Assembly: GCA_951406725.2 (NCBI GenBank)
Contig: OX597815.1
Span: forward strand, 187,860,001-187,924,000
From: Octopus vulgaris
Taxonomy: Eukaryota
Reading direction: 5' to 3'
DNA length: 64,000 nucleotides
In this document: piece after piece, positions 36,582-50,412 of the stretch
Layout: each line of letters starts with the position of its first letter
How positions within the stretch are numbered: position 1 is the first letter of the stretch
Position numbers and translations under genes: made by a program
Notes under the pieces: model-generated
Told to the model about the DNA's origin: nothing
What the model saw: only the letters and a program-made list of their open reading frames with translations
Database searches by the model: none

Positions 36582-36791
36582 TTTTGGCATGTGTCTGTCT
36601 TTTCTGATAACAAGACAAGAGTAACAACATTCATCAACAGTCAGTAATGTCTTTGGAAGAAGCGAGTGAGAGACAGATAAAGTGAGCTTATGCTAATCTT
36701 AACCAGAATTGATTTAAACCTGGGGTGCTTTTCACAGTTATCAAGAGATTTCTGTGGGTCAGAGTAAAGGCAAAATCAGAACATCTGAGAG
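36582..36791. repeat. About 210-bp inverted repeat, right arm
   Basis: Reverse complement of 34956-35167 with scattered substitutions and indels. Confidence 0.9.
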
Positions 36792-37890
36792 TGTCACTTC
36801 ATTTTTTTTTTTCGTTTTTGGTGGTATTTGGTATAGCTGATATTTGTGCTGGTGGCATTGTTCGATACTATCTATCAGTCTAAATCCAGTGCAAATGATG
36901 AGGTGGACCTTTTAGTGGTTTGTAATTTTGCTTTGGTCCACATATATATTCAGAGATGCATACTCACATATATACATTTACATACATGCACATACATAAA
37001 CACACACATGTACATATATGCATAAATATAAACGTATCATACATGTACATACACCTATAGGATTATATATATATATATACATATAAATTCACATCCACTA
37101 TATATATGTGTGTGTGTGTGTGTGTATGTATATATATATATATATCAATCAATCTATATATCAATATACACACATATACATGCATATCCACTAATGTATC
37201 TTGATTTATATAAATGAACACAGACACATAGATATACACACACATATATGACTATATAGTATATACACATAATATATATTATGTGTGTGTGTCTTTGCAT
37301 GTATGTTATGTATTCGTCAGAAGCAATATCATGATATTACAGGAACAAGCGTATTTCTGTGAGTCTTCTTATATTACTTACAACGTATGGAGGAGTCTTC
37401 GCATTTTGTTGGAACAGACTATGACTATACAAATATCATTTCATTACCTTATTCTAGAAAGCAATACGATAAAATATCAGATGTTGGTTTTAGGATAAAA
37501 TGCATAATATTAAAATTTCAAGAATCCGAAGCATAATCAATAAATTTGAAATGAAAAATAGCTGGCAAAACTTCAAATTTAATTAAAATAATATTTGTTC
37601 TTAATTTGTATTCGTTTTTGAATGACAATGACTTAAGAATTAGATGCCATAGAAAAAATTTCAAGATATGTTTAGCGTGCAACTAATTCAAGGTTAAAGT
37701 TGACTGTGTTGGGAGGGAATAACAACAGAATTTCAGTCAGTAAAGTAAATATTTTAATTCTAGCAAAAATCAGAAAGCTGATAATTGAGATGTTGGAGTT
37801 TGTTGTAATATGACGCAGAAAGCATCCAATAGTTGCTGTTGTTTAGCCCCGGGTTAGCGAGCTGGCAGAACCACTGGCACACTGGGTGAA

Positions 37891-38163
37891 ATCATCATCA
37901 TCATCATCATTTAACGTCCGCTTTCCATGCTAGCATGGGTTGGACGATTTGACTGAGGACTGGTGAACCAGATGGCTGCACCAGGCTCCAATCTTGATCT
38001 GGCAGAGTTTCTACAGCTGGATGCCCTTCCTAACACCAACGACTCCAAGAGTGTAGTGGGTGCTTTTATGTGCCACCGGCATGAGGGCCAGTCAGGCAGT
38101 ACTGGCAACGGCTACACTAAAAAATGGTGCTTTTTTACGTGCCACCTGCACAGGAGCCAGTCC
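37891..38163 (-). mobile_element. Family B RTE 3' end
   Basis: (CAT)n followed by the reverse family B tail. Confidence 0.85.
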
Positions 38164-38844
38164 AAAGAATAAGTCCAGGGGTCGATTTCTTTGACTAAAA
38201 GGCAGTGTCCCAGCATGGCCACAGTCAAATGACTGACACAAGTAAAAGAATAGAAGAACCTCTCTGCCAAGCCATGTCACATGTGACAGTGTGACAGAGT
38301 AGACTCATTGAACCAGTAGGATCTCAAGCCATTCTAAGGTTGAGAGAACAATCTGAGGCCTTCATCCTGCAGTGGACTGAACACAAACAGTCCAATTCAG
38401 TCCAGTTCCAGGCCATCCATAGTCAAGTAGACTTATAATCAAAAGCAAGCCAATCTAGTTTGTAATTTCATTCTAATATGTTGACTATTTTTTGTTAATA
38501 AAAATATAAATTAACTGACTTTTTTTTTTACATACTAAAAACTACATTGTCCAATGTGTCCTTCTTTTTTTTTTAAGATGGCAAGGTGTAATTTGCAGGA
38601 TTCTGGCTGCTATTCCTAGTCAACCTTTGCAACTGCATAGAAGCTTCTCTATGGGTCCCACTAATAATTGTCTGTGTTGATGTTTATACTGTTGTTTAAG
38701 GATGTAAGTTGGCATGTTCTTTATGTTTACATATGATCATATACGAACTTGCACATGCGTGTTTATATATATATATATGTTAACCTCATGAAGGGATAGT
38801 TGCATCCAAGGAAATACTGGTTCAATACCTAGTATATATATATG

Positions 38845-39145
38845 AAAAACACCATCTGAACATGGCCACTGCCAGTACCTGACTGGCTCCTGTGCTGATG
38901 GCATGTAAAAAGCACTACCTGAACGTAATTGATACCAGGCCCGCTTGAATGGCTCTTGTGCCAGTGGCACGTAAAAAACACCCACTACATTCTTGGAGTT
39001 GGTATTAGGAAGGGCATCCAGCTGTAGAAATGTTGCCAGATCAGACAGAAGCCTGGTGCAGCCGCTGGTTCTCCAGACCTCAGTCAAACTGTCCAACCCA
39101 TGCTAGCATGGAAAACGGACATTAAACGATGATGATGATGATGAT
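38845..39145 (+). mobile_element. Family B RTE 3' end
   Basis: Family B tail with (GAT)n. Confidence 0.8.
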
Positions 39146-39489
39146 TGATAGGCAACAAGAATGTATTGTAGCTCTTTGCTCCAGCATTCAAGACTGAGTA
39201 CTATGACAACCTTTTACTGCTTGTTCTAATTTATAACATATATAAATAATCTTCTATTTCTCTAATATTGAGATCTCATTCTTTTGTTGTTACATTTTAT
39301 TATATATATTGGCAAATGAAATAAGTATAAAAATGTGCATTGTCCGTTTAATTAAAAAATTCTATATGTGGCTGAAGATTGCGCGACATTTTAAAACTGA
39401 TGTAATACTTACAGTGTTTAATAAAATGAAGTAGCATGAACCGATTGTACTACACTACCTTGGATATCCTTGTTGCTTATTTTGAGTAC

Positions 39490-39524
<35 letters not shown>

Positions 39525-40655
39525 CATACATACATACATACATACATACATACAGGTATGCTAGTATGAATGAGAGAGAGAGAGATGCAGCTGATGGTCT
39601 CATTGTCTGTCTGTCAGTATCCCAGTGAGTCAGTGTCTACTCCCACCCCCAAAAGAGATTAGTGTCTCATTAAAAAGAATCCATTAGTTGGAGTTTTGTA
39701 GCTTTTCTGATGTTGCTTGATGGAATCTCTTGTTTGGATGTTTTGAGCACCTGCTGCCTAAACATATGTCATTTTGCTCTTTTAATAGCATTGTTATTAA
39801 AGGAATGTCATTTGGAATTAGGTGAAAGACCAAACTAGAAGTAAGAATATACTCCTCAAACAGATGGTGACAATCAGTGGTGGGTTAACGCATTATGCAA
39901 AATAAGCACGTGTTTAGGTCACCAAGGCACGGGGGTACCACAGAAATGAAAATGGTTTATGGCATGAAAGAAATCACTTTAAACTTGCAAAAATAATATT
40001 CGTAATGTCTTATCTCTTCTAAGTATAGAAGCAGAAATTTTATGTAAAATTAATTTTAACGATATCATCAAACACTTTGCAATTAAAAAAAAAATTAAGG
40101 AGAAAACTTTTCAAATATAAATAAAACGGAAGCATACAAAAATAAACTTTATTTTCTACTCGCGAGGCTTTGGTCAGCCCAAGGCTATAGTGCAAGACAG
40201 TTACCCACAGTGGGGCCAAGCCTGGACTCCTGTGGTTGGGAAACAAACTTCTTACCACACTGTCGGACCTATCCACAAAATTTCTCTCACAAGGAATTGG
40301 TTCAGTCCATTTTGGTAGAATCCTTAAATGTCAGAATGCCTCACAGTTTTTGATCTGATACTTGAACTTCTAAGTTCAAATCCTCCTGAGATTAGTTGTG
40401 ACTTTTGTCCTTTTGGGGGTCAATAAAACAGTATCAATCTTGGTTATATGCTGGGTAAGACTTTAAGCTGCATCTGGTAGTGGGGCCGTGGTACAGGAGT
40501 TCTAAGGTTTTGAGGAGTGTGGAACCAACTCTCAGTCACTGTTGTTCTTAAGACCCAGTGTAGTAGCACCTGTTAGGGCCCTGACTATGGGTTAACTAAC
40601 ATGTGTACCACCCACTTCAAACCCAGGATATGTCTGCTCCCATAATCAGCAGTGT

Positions 40656-40958
40656 GGAGGCACATGGCCTAGTGGTTAGAGCAGCAGACTCGCGGTTGAG
40701 GGATTGCGGGTTCGAATCTCAGACCGGGCGATGAGTGTGTTTATGAGCGAAACACCTAAGCTCCACGAGGCTCCAGCAGAAGGTAATAGCGAACTTCTGC
40801 TGACTCTTTTGCCGCAACTTTCTCTCACTCTTTCCTCCTGCATCTTGCAGCTCACCTGCGATAGACCGGCGTCCTGTCCAGGTGGGGAACCTATATGCCA
40901 AGAAACCGGCCCTTATGAGCTTATGAGCCAGGCATGGCTCGAGAAGGAACAAACAACA
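40656..40958 (+). mobile_element. tRNA-derived SINE family T1
   Basis: A and B boxes (TGGCCTAGTGG, GGTTCGAATCTC); TSD ATAATCAGCAGTG. Confidence 0.9.
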
Positions 40959-41542
40959 ATAATCAGCAGTGGCTTGGTCAGTGAATCCCTTGTGATGGTC
41001 AACAATCAACAGCAAGCTGAGCTGCTACAAATCACACCATCTTAAAGTGTGTATTGTATGTGACTGGGAGAGGGTCACATGTGAACTGATATCCCCACCA
41101 AACTTCAAACATGGACTCTGCACCTCAACTACAGTTATGGCATCTATGCTATCAGATGTACTTGCTCTCCCAGTGGGGCATTTGTCAAATGTGCAAGCTG
41201 GATTTTAGGGATGCAGGGGGGAGGGGGAGTGTTATTTTTGCCTGCTGGAACATTAGGGTTGGCCGTCAGATGTAGAAAGCATTCATGAGGGACATTGGAA
41301 CCAGCTCAACCCAAGCCAGGTGAATGCCACCACAAGTACAAGAAAATAAGTAGCAATCTTGGCTGGTACCTTGCAGGAAAACTGTAGGAACAGTGAATCA
41401 GACACCTTGCAATATTTGCTTCAGCTTTGTGCATTCTATGATCAAATCCTAACATGGCCTCTTTGGGTGACAATTTGGTAATCTATCACTTTGTTTAACA
41501 CCACCACCTAGCACTTCGAGTGCCTGTATTAGAGTCAACTCT

Positions 41543-42130
41543 TCATCATCATTATCATCATCATCTTCATTTAATGTCTGCTTTCCATGCTGGCATGGGT
41601 TGGATGGTTTGATTGAGGACTGGTACGCCAGAAGGCTGCACCAGGCTCAATCTGATCTGGCAAAGTTTCTACAGCTGGATGCCCTTCCTAATGCTAACCA
41701 CTCCAAGAGTGTAGTGGGTGCTTTTACGTGTCACTGGCATGAGGGCCAGTCAGGCGGTACTGGCAACAACCATGCTTAAAAGGTGTTTTTAGGTGCTACA
41801 TGATGGGAGTCAGTCCAGCGGCACTGGTAATGACCATGCTTTAATGTTGGTTTTCACGTACTACCGGCATGTGCCGGTAAGGTGACGCTGGCACCAATCA
41901 CGCTCAAATGGTGCTTTTTATGTGCCACTGGCAAGGGAGCCATCCATGGCCCTGGCAATGATCATGCTCGGATGTGCTTTTAATGTTCTACCGGCACGAG
42001 TGCCAATCAGGCAGTACTGTCATCGGCCATGTCAGCGAATTTAATTTAATTTCACTTGCCTCAGTAGGTCTTCGCAAGCAAAGTTTATTGTCCAATGAAT
42101 GAGGGGTACTCATAAGCTGGTTACACCCCA
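41543..42130 (-). mobile_element. Family B RTE 3' end with tandem-repeat UTR
   Basis: Reverse-orientation homologue of 11560-12106. Confidence 0.8.
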
Positions 42131-43821
42131 TGTTGGGAGGAACCAGGCCAGGTTTTCCATTTGACGATACCTTCCTCCTGCCCCCTCCCCCCACAATTAA
42201 ACACATAGGCCTTGTGAAAGGTTATGAGGTCATTAGCACTGCCTTCACTTGACTAAAACAGATTAAAAATCCAGCACAAAACCTTGTTGGTGTGTTTGTC
42301 ACAGTGACATACATGGGAAAATTTTAATGTCCATTTCTTATCATCTTCTATTTGATAGCAATAATTTCATTATGTATATATTTGAATAAATAAATATATA
42401 TTGTCCTGTTGGCATGTAATTTAGTCACCCTGTGAATTTAGGTTCCATTATTTTGGCAGTTTGAGATAGACCCAACTAGTTTGTTTTTCTTTTTTGTTAC
42501 TTAACAACTTGTCAGGACCCACTTCTAAAACTGCTCACAAAAAGTAATAAAAACCTACTTATTAAAATGTAAACATGTTTGTGTCTAAGCAAAGCACGTT
42601 TACATAATGATAAAAAAGGTTGATGACCGAGTGATAATTATTAGATTGTCAACACAGAATGGCTTGTGAATAAATAAATATAATCCGTTCTATATTGGGT
42701 ACTCTTGTAATTATATTTTAATAATTTAAGGCAAAAGAAAATATTTAAAAAAATTAAAATGTATAAATAACTCTTTATTATAACATAATGCCCATCATTT
42801 TATCACAAGATACTTTTGTTTGTTTTCTTTTAACATATTTACATTACATGAAAGCAAACCAACTCCTGCTGAAGACATATTCTGCAAACAAATTAGTTTA
42901 GAATTATTCCAAACAATTAAGCAAATTATGATTAAACAAATTATAAAGTAATTGTAAAATTTTCCCAAATTATTGAATTCAATTGATGAAATATGAATTC
43001 AGTTTTTTTATTTATTTTCAGAGTTAGTAGCCAACCAATATATTTTGATATTAAATAATTGAATGCAACAAAAATCCATTGGAAATTATTTTATTATTGC
43101 TGTATTTTAATGTAAATGTTTGTCTTGTCTTTGAGAAGCTATTTAAGGAATTGTAAATTTGGATTAATTCCAAATACCATACCAAGATAGAATAGCTATA
43201 AAACAAAATACCATACCAACAAAAGTTATCTAGCAAAAGATTTTATAATATAATTCTTAGTACTTTGACTGAAATGAAGAAGACTGACGAAAGTTATCTT
43301 AAATACCAAATATTTTAAATTCTAAACATTTTCAATAAATTAATTTTTTTTTTTTTTTCAAGAATTGAATTGTTGAAAAGATTATTATATCCTGATATTC
43401 AGCAAATGTGAAAATAGACTATTGAACAAATTATACATATCCTTTTCATGGCAAAGTTTTCCCCCCAAGAAATAATGTATTTATTTCCACCGAAGTGCAG
43501 CTTCAGCTTTGATAATCAATGAAATTTGAGATGTTTTATCTGAACTGTATAGGAATAGACAGATTATTAGCTATTTTAGGTGAACAGATATTCTAAATAG
43601 CTGTTCATTATGAAAGAAACTATTGATTAAGTGCGTTTTATGATTGCTAAGTAAATTGATTATACATTTTTGTGACTAAAACTTCTAGAAAACAGTTGCT
43701 AAAATTAGAAAATGTACAGCAATTTTTTATTTATTAATATTTTGAAATTGGAAGACTGTGGTAAGATATTACTATTCTGTTTGTCCTTCTAATGTTTTCT
43801 CATCTATCTCCTTTGTGGCAA

Positions 43822-44640
43822 ATTATTATTATTATCATTATATTACCATCATCATCATTATTATTATTTATTATTTGTATCTAAGGCTCCTGGAATCTTG
43901 CATGTGTAGCGACCTTACTACCTGCACCCTACGATACCATGCTATTCATTCTTTTCAGCTATCTAATACTTTCCTGATTATTCTGGCCATGCCAAGGCGG
44001 CAAACCTTTTGTAATAGTTCTACTGGGCACTCTATTCCAATTTCCTTGATATTCCTCTTGATGCCTTCTGATACTGTCCCTTAGAACCCAATAATAATTG
44101 GCACTATCTTCACCTTCTTCATTTTCCATAGCTGAGTTATTTCATACTTAAGAGGATTGTATATATATATATCTATTTTTCCACCTTCCTTCTTGACTAT
44201 TCATGAGTCAAAGGCCCACACATCTACTACATAGCACATAGGTCTGGTTTGTTATGCTCTAGCATCTGACCTGTGTGGATTAGGAAATCTCAGAGGATTT
44301 TGCAGGTCTCTGACACTTCCACGCTCTGGTTTGTGCTCATACCATGTCTTGGATCTTTCTAGCCCCTACTTTTTGCAGTTTCCAATGTAGCACTTTCACT
44401 ACCCCATGGTCTCACCACAACTTGTAGTGGTTTTGGATAAGTCTAGCTTATTCATTTGCGATTTGGGAAATAGTTTCATTCTCTCTGTTACAGATGTGAT
44501 ACAGCAAAAACACTTGCACATTCCTTAGGTTGACCCTCCAATTCATGGCCAAAGTTTGGTCTTGCACTGCCAGTATAGTGCTAGCCGTGCTGTTATCCTC
44601 AGGCTTGGTGGACCATAAGTCTCCTAAAATTTCCAGGAAC
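43822..44640 (-). mobile_element. R4/Dong-like (restriction-like endonuclease) LINE 3' remnant with (TAA)n tail
   Basis: Degenerate AVQDQTL..ENETIS..KVLHWKL..KIL*DFLI..HNKPDL motifs on the minus strand; (ATT)n at 43822-43872. Confidence 0.65.
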
Positions 44641-45049
44641 TCTCTTGCAACATACAGAATGGCACTTTTTTGCAGTCTGAAAATACATGTTTCCTTTCTA
44701 ATATCTTTCAGCGTCTTGTGTTATAGTTTAGAATTGGTGCTGAGTACACCACAGGAACAACTGTCACCTTTATGTTCCACTATCACTTCATCTGGCCTGC
44801 TAATTATTATTATCATTGCTATTATTATTAAAGTAGCAAACTAGAAGGTTGACTTGCCTTCTGACCTTTCAGGGAAAATAATATAAGTACCAGACTTAAA
44901 AATAAGTTCTGGGTTGATTTGTTCAAGTAGAACCCTTCAAGACAGTATCCCAGCATGGCTACAATCTAATGACTGAAACAAATAAAAGATAACAGAAAAT
45001 GGAGATTAACTCCATGTAATACCAGTCGATTGAAATTTTTCTTTCAGTT

Positions 45050-45722
45050 TAATATATTACATATTATATATCATATATATCAGACACTATTACATATATA
45101 TATCAGACCCTATTATATTATATATATATCAGGCCCTATTATATTATACATTACATATATCAGACCCTATGATATATCAAACCCTACTATATTATATATT
45201 AGATAACAAATAGAAAGATATATTTTTCAACACGTAACTATAGATAGAACAATATATATAGGATAAAAATCCTTTGAGAGCAGACCCTATTATATTACAT
45301 ATTATATAACACTGGCCGTTGCCAGTGCCGCCCTGACTGACTTCCGTGCCGGTGGCACGTAAAAAGCACCATCCGACCGTGGCCGTTTGCCAGACTTGTC
45401 TGGCACCTGTGCAGGTGGCACATAAAAAGCACCCACTACACTCATGGAGTGGTTGGCGTTAGGAAGGGCATCCAGCCGTAGAAACATTGCCAGATCAGAC
45501 TGGGCCTGGTGCAGCCTTCTGGCTTCCCAGACCCCAGTTGCACCGTCCAACCCATGCCAGCATGGAAAGCGGACGCTAAACGATGATGATGATAATGATA
45601 ACAGATAGAAAGATATATTTTTCAACACGTAAATACTGATAGAACAGTATATATAGGATAAAAATCCTTTTGGAGCAGACTCTATATATGAGACCCTATT
45701 ATATTATATACCAGACCCTATA
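45050..45722 (+). repeat. ATATCAGACCCTATTAT minisatellite and ~90-bp direct repeat flanking a family B insertion (45311-45600)
   Basis: 45201-45290 resembles 45597-45685. Confidence 0.8.
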
Positions 45723-46751
45723 TCTGTATTTAGTTTGAAGAAAGCTCCCCAGTCAAGGTCTTTTACTTCAGCTGCATTTGTCATAGGATATTGGGCTTTC
45801 CTAATGTTTTTGAAATGTGATAGTATTGTAGTATATTGTTTAAGAACATATTAATGTTTCAGCATTTGTGGAGGTTAATGAATGTTCATATTTAATGTGT
45901 TTCCATAGCTAGTTTAATGATAAGTGTTCTTTTATAAGCATATCTTACATTCCTTTCTATAACTAGTCTATGTTTAATGCAAGGCAACTTTCAACCTCGT
46001 TCAATAAATTAAAACACCGACTATTGTTACTTGTCTATGGATATTTGCAAATTATTTCAGTCGTATTTGTTTCCGCTGAGTACAGACTTTTCTACAGAGT
46101 ACAGACATAGATCTCTGAAAATATGTCAGCAATTTAATGGATGAGAGCTTATCTGCAAGTTATTTAGTTATTCACATTACAAATGTAATAATAAATAGCC
46201 TTCATATAAATTATTACCGAACATCTTTCATAAAAAAATTCTTCCAAACTGACTACAAAACAGATTGCCTCACCTTGTTTGTTGACAAACTGCTTACATA
46301 AAGCTATCACAACACGACAACATAGAAGAGAGACATATTATGGAACAAAATATCATAACATAAAATATCAAAATATAATACACATTCAAATAATAATCAC
46401 AGAAACATATTCATAGAATTTAGCCATTATACAAGCAAACACAACTTTTATATACAACTAGTACAAGTACAAAAGCACCTGAATATCACTATCATCATCA
46501 TCATCATCATTGAACATCCATATTTCATTCTGGCATGTGTTAGATGGTTTAACAGGATCTGAAAAATCCAAGGACTACATCATGTTCCAAGGTTTGATTT
46601 GCCATGATCTCAATAGCTGGATGCCCTTCCTAGTGCCAACCACTTTGCAGTGTGTACTGGGCACTTTTTTCATACCACCTGCGCTGTGTATATATATATA
46701 TGTTTGGGTATGTTTATATATATCTATATTTATATCTATCTATCAATATAG

Positions 46752-47557
46752 GTGCAGGCATGGCTGTGTGGTAAGAAGCTTGCTTCCCAATCACATGGTT
46801 CCAGGTTCAGTCACACTGTATGGCACCTCAGGTAAATGTCTTCAACTATAGCTTTGGGCCGACTAAAGTCTTGTGAGTGGATTTAGTAAACAGATACTGA
46901 AAGAAGCCTGTCGGTCGTGTGTGTGTGTGTGTATATATGTATGTATGTATGTATCTATGTGTGTGTGCCTTTTTGTCTGTTTGTCCCCCACACTCCATTA
47001 CTGCTTGACAACTGCCGCTGTGCTTACATACCCGTAGCTTAGTGGTTCAGTAAAAGAGACCAATAGAATAAGTACTAGGCTTAAAAAGAAAATTCTGGGG
47101 TTGATTTGCTTGACTAAAATCCTTTAAGGCAGTGCCCCAGCAAGGCCACAGTCAAATGACTGGAACCGATAAAAGAATAAAGAACATGCCTATATGTGTG
47201 TGTGTGTGTGTGTATATATATGTGTGTGAGTGTGTGTGTGTGCTGGTGCAAGTGAAAAGCACCATTCGAGCATGGTTATCACCAGTGCCACCTGACTTGC
47301 TCCCGTGTCAGTGACACGTAAAAAGCACCATTCAAGTGTGTTCGATGCCAGGGCTGCCTGACTGGCCCTCGTGCCAGTGGCACATAAAAAGTACCCACTA
47401 TACTCTTGGAGTGGTTGGTGATGGGATGGGCATCCAGCTGTAGAAACCTTGCCATATCAGATTGGAGCCTGGTGCAGCCTTCTGGCTTGCTAGCCCTCAG
47501 TCAAACCGTCCAACACCATGCCAGCATGGAGAGCAGATGTTAAACGACGATGATGAT
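46752..47557 (+). mobile_element. SINE family A (46752-47183) followed by a family B tail (47243-47557)
   Basis: Family modules read directly. Confidence 0.8.
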
Positions 47558-47616
47558 ATATATATATATATATATATAAACACATACATATATGTGTGTG
47601 TGTGTGTGTATACATG

Positions 47617-48005
47617 TATTGGATTGGCCAAAATGTCCATTCCATTTTTGTCAATTCCAAAAACTTCAAGCACCCGAATAAGCAGATAACTTAATTTGGC
47701 ACCTTGCACATAAACACTAGTTAGATATTTAAAAATTCAACATAGTTCAGCTCAAACTTATGATGAGACAGGTTGTATTCTGTGTTTTGGAATCACCCTG
47801 ACAATGGAGAACCAAAATGAACATTATTAGCATCTGTTACATTTTTAGAGTGAAAAAAAGGCAAGAGAATGGCAGAAAGCTGCTGGAAGATATGCATAGA
47901 GAATGGAGAGGATGCTGCTATGGACCATATGTGCCAGACGTAGTTTGCAAGAATTGATTGAGAAAATTTTCAGTACAAGATGCCTCTCACTCTGGCTGGC
48001 ATTAG
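47617..48005 (+). mobile_element. Mariner 5' remnant (TIR plus HTH region)
   Basis: TATTGGATTGGCCAAAATGTCC TIR-like start; MENQNEHY*HLLHF..KICIENGEDA..CQT*FAR..QDASHSG mariner N-terminus. Confidence 0.65.
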
Positions 48006-48064
48006 CAGCATAGTACAGAGGGGAGAAATAGAGGATACGCTATAGAAATTATACATATATATAC

Positions 48065-48503
48065 TCATGGAGGCAATGACCGAGTCCATTTGGCATTATA
48101 TTGTGCTTGAGAAGAAGACCCAACAAGCCAAGTAAAACCACAGTTGTGGCAGATACCAGTGTCATACAAATGGCACCTATGCCGGTGGTAGATAAAAGCA
48201 CCCATTGCACTCTCAGAATGTTTGGTGTTATGAAGGGCATTTAGCCATAGAGACCATGGCAAATCAAACTGGAGTGCGGTGTAGTCTTCCAGCTTACCTG
48301 TCCAACCCATGCTGGCATGGAAAATGGATGTTAAATGATGATGATGATGAGTAGCTGTGTGGTGAGTGGTTTGCTTACCAATCACATGGTTCCAGGTTCA
48401 ATCCCACTGCATGGCACCTTGGGCAAAATGTCTTCTACTATAGCCTCAGGCTGACCAAAGCCTTATGAATGGATTTGGTAGACAGAAACTGAGAGAGGCC
48501 CGT

Positions 48504-48541
<38 letters not shown>

Positions 48542-48754
48542 AGTATGTTTGTGTGTCCGTGTTTGTTCCCTCTCACCCACACCATCACTTGACAACCGAT
48601 GCTGGTGTGTTTACGTCCACGTAACTTAGTGGTTCGGCAAAAGATAGAATAAGTACTAGGCTTACAAAGAATAAGTCCTGGGGTTGATTTGTTCAACTAA
48701 AGGTGGTGCCCCAGCATGGCCACCGTTAAAATGACTGAAATAAATAAAAGAATA
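48065..48754 (+). mobile_element. Family B tail (48065-48350) followed by SINE family A (48352-48754)
   Basis: Family modules read directly. Confidence 0.8.
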
Positions 48755-49826
48755 GAGAGGAGGGGGAATTGAGTTCAAATGCCACCAAGGTCAACTTCGC
48801 GTTTCATCCTTTTGTGATTGATAAAATAGGTACCAGTTGAATACTGGGGTTTATGTAATCGACTTATCCCTCCCATCAAAATTGCTGGCCTTGTGCATAA
48901 ATTTGAAACCAATATTATCCAGTCTATGCCAGCATTGAAAAATAGTTGCTAAAACAAAGGATATCATGGACAATGATTCTTTTAAGAGTATTTCACAATT
49001 ATTAACTAAAATTCTTCAATCAAAAAGCAAAATAAATAAATAATAAATGTTAAAAATGATAAGAATGGATAATAGTGCTGATATTTATTTCAAAATCGTA
49101 TTATTTATATTTTCATTGATTTTTAAAAATATTTATGTTTCTATACATTGTTAAAATATTTTGATTAAAATTATTGATGTTTATTTTCAAAGCCTTCTAT
49201 ATTAATTTTATCTTCGGTCATTAGTTTTTCCAAAGAGTAAGCTCAGTTTGTTGGTTTTTTTTTTAATCAGCGATTCACTCTTTTTTTTTTCTTCTTTATT
49301 TCAAATATATTCATATTTATACTGACAATAATTTTATTGTTTCACTTTATTATTTTTTTATCTCATAGGATTAAAATTTCCTAACATAATTGCTTGGTGC
49401 ACTTTTAAATTCGATAATTTTTTTTACCGTTTATATATGCATAATTTTTTGTGGTTTTGAATTTGATGAAGTGAACATTTTAGTTGTGATCTCAAGATGT
49501 TTATAACTAATGTTCATTTGTCATTAAACATAAAATAAATGCACAAATTCAATCAAAACTGCCACCCATTTACACCATTTAACAAAACTGTAAGAAACTT
49601 TCCTTTGGAAAATTTTAATATAATTATTGGTATGTGTGTTCTCAAGTACAGCTAGTCATGTCAAGGTTAGCATTTTGGCAGTTTGGTGTATTGACCCCAT
49701 AACATTTGTTGGTGTAAATTTTTGTACGCTGTGTACTCACTTTGAGCCAGAAGATGAAAATATACACAGCCCTATCTGCTGCAGTTTTATACCTGATTGT
49801 GTACCGGTTGATATGAATATCTGTTG

Positions 49827-50412
49827 TCAAGTACATCAACATCAAGATAAAAATCGTATGGATATTGTAGTTGTGATACCCGTGCCGGTGGCACGTTGGG
49901 CCTCACAGAGGAAATGACGAAAGACTGAGACCTCTGAGATATGATGTGACTGTGAAGACCCGACAAATGAAGTGAGTTCATGGCTCGCAGGAAGGCCTGC
50001 TGTGCTAACCTTGGATCGTAGAGTGACCCGCTGTTCTTGAGGAGACCTATGTCAAGTACGTCAAGTACGTCAACACCAACATCAAAATGAAAATCAAAGA
50101 TACTCGTTCCAGTGGCACATAAAAACACCTTCCAAATGAGGCCGATGCCAGTGCCGGCTAACTGGCGTCCATGTCGGTGACACATAAACAGTACCAACCG
50201 ATCATGGCTGTTTGTCAGCTTCCTCTGGCACGTATAAAGCACCCACTACACTCACGGAGTGGTTGGCATTAGGAAGGGCATCCAGCTGTAGAAACACTGC
50301 CAAATCAGACTGGAGCCTGGGGCAGCCTCCTGGCTTCCCGGACCCCGGTCAAACCATCCAACCCATGCTAGCATGGAAAACGGACGTTAAATGATGATGA
50401 TGATGATGATGA
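49827..50412 (+). mobile_element. Family B RTE 3' end
   Basis: LGLTEEMTKD*DL*DM remnant, UTR repeats, (GAT)n tail. Confidence 0.8.

Noticed and set aside
40656-40730. tRNA-like sequence with A and B boxes
   Set aside because: Head of a TSD-flanked SINE with a poor acceptor stem; not a functional tRNA gene (same for 19281-19355 and 25378-25452)
49627-49917. 96-aa Cys-containing ORF / possible minus-strand exon ending at a GTGAGT donor near 49740
   Set aside because: Weak acceptor, ORF runs into family B repeat sequence, no recognisable domain
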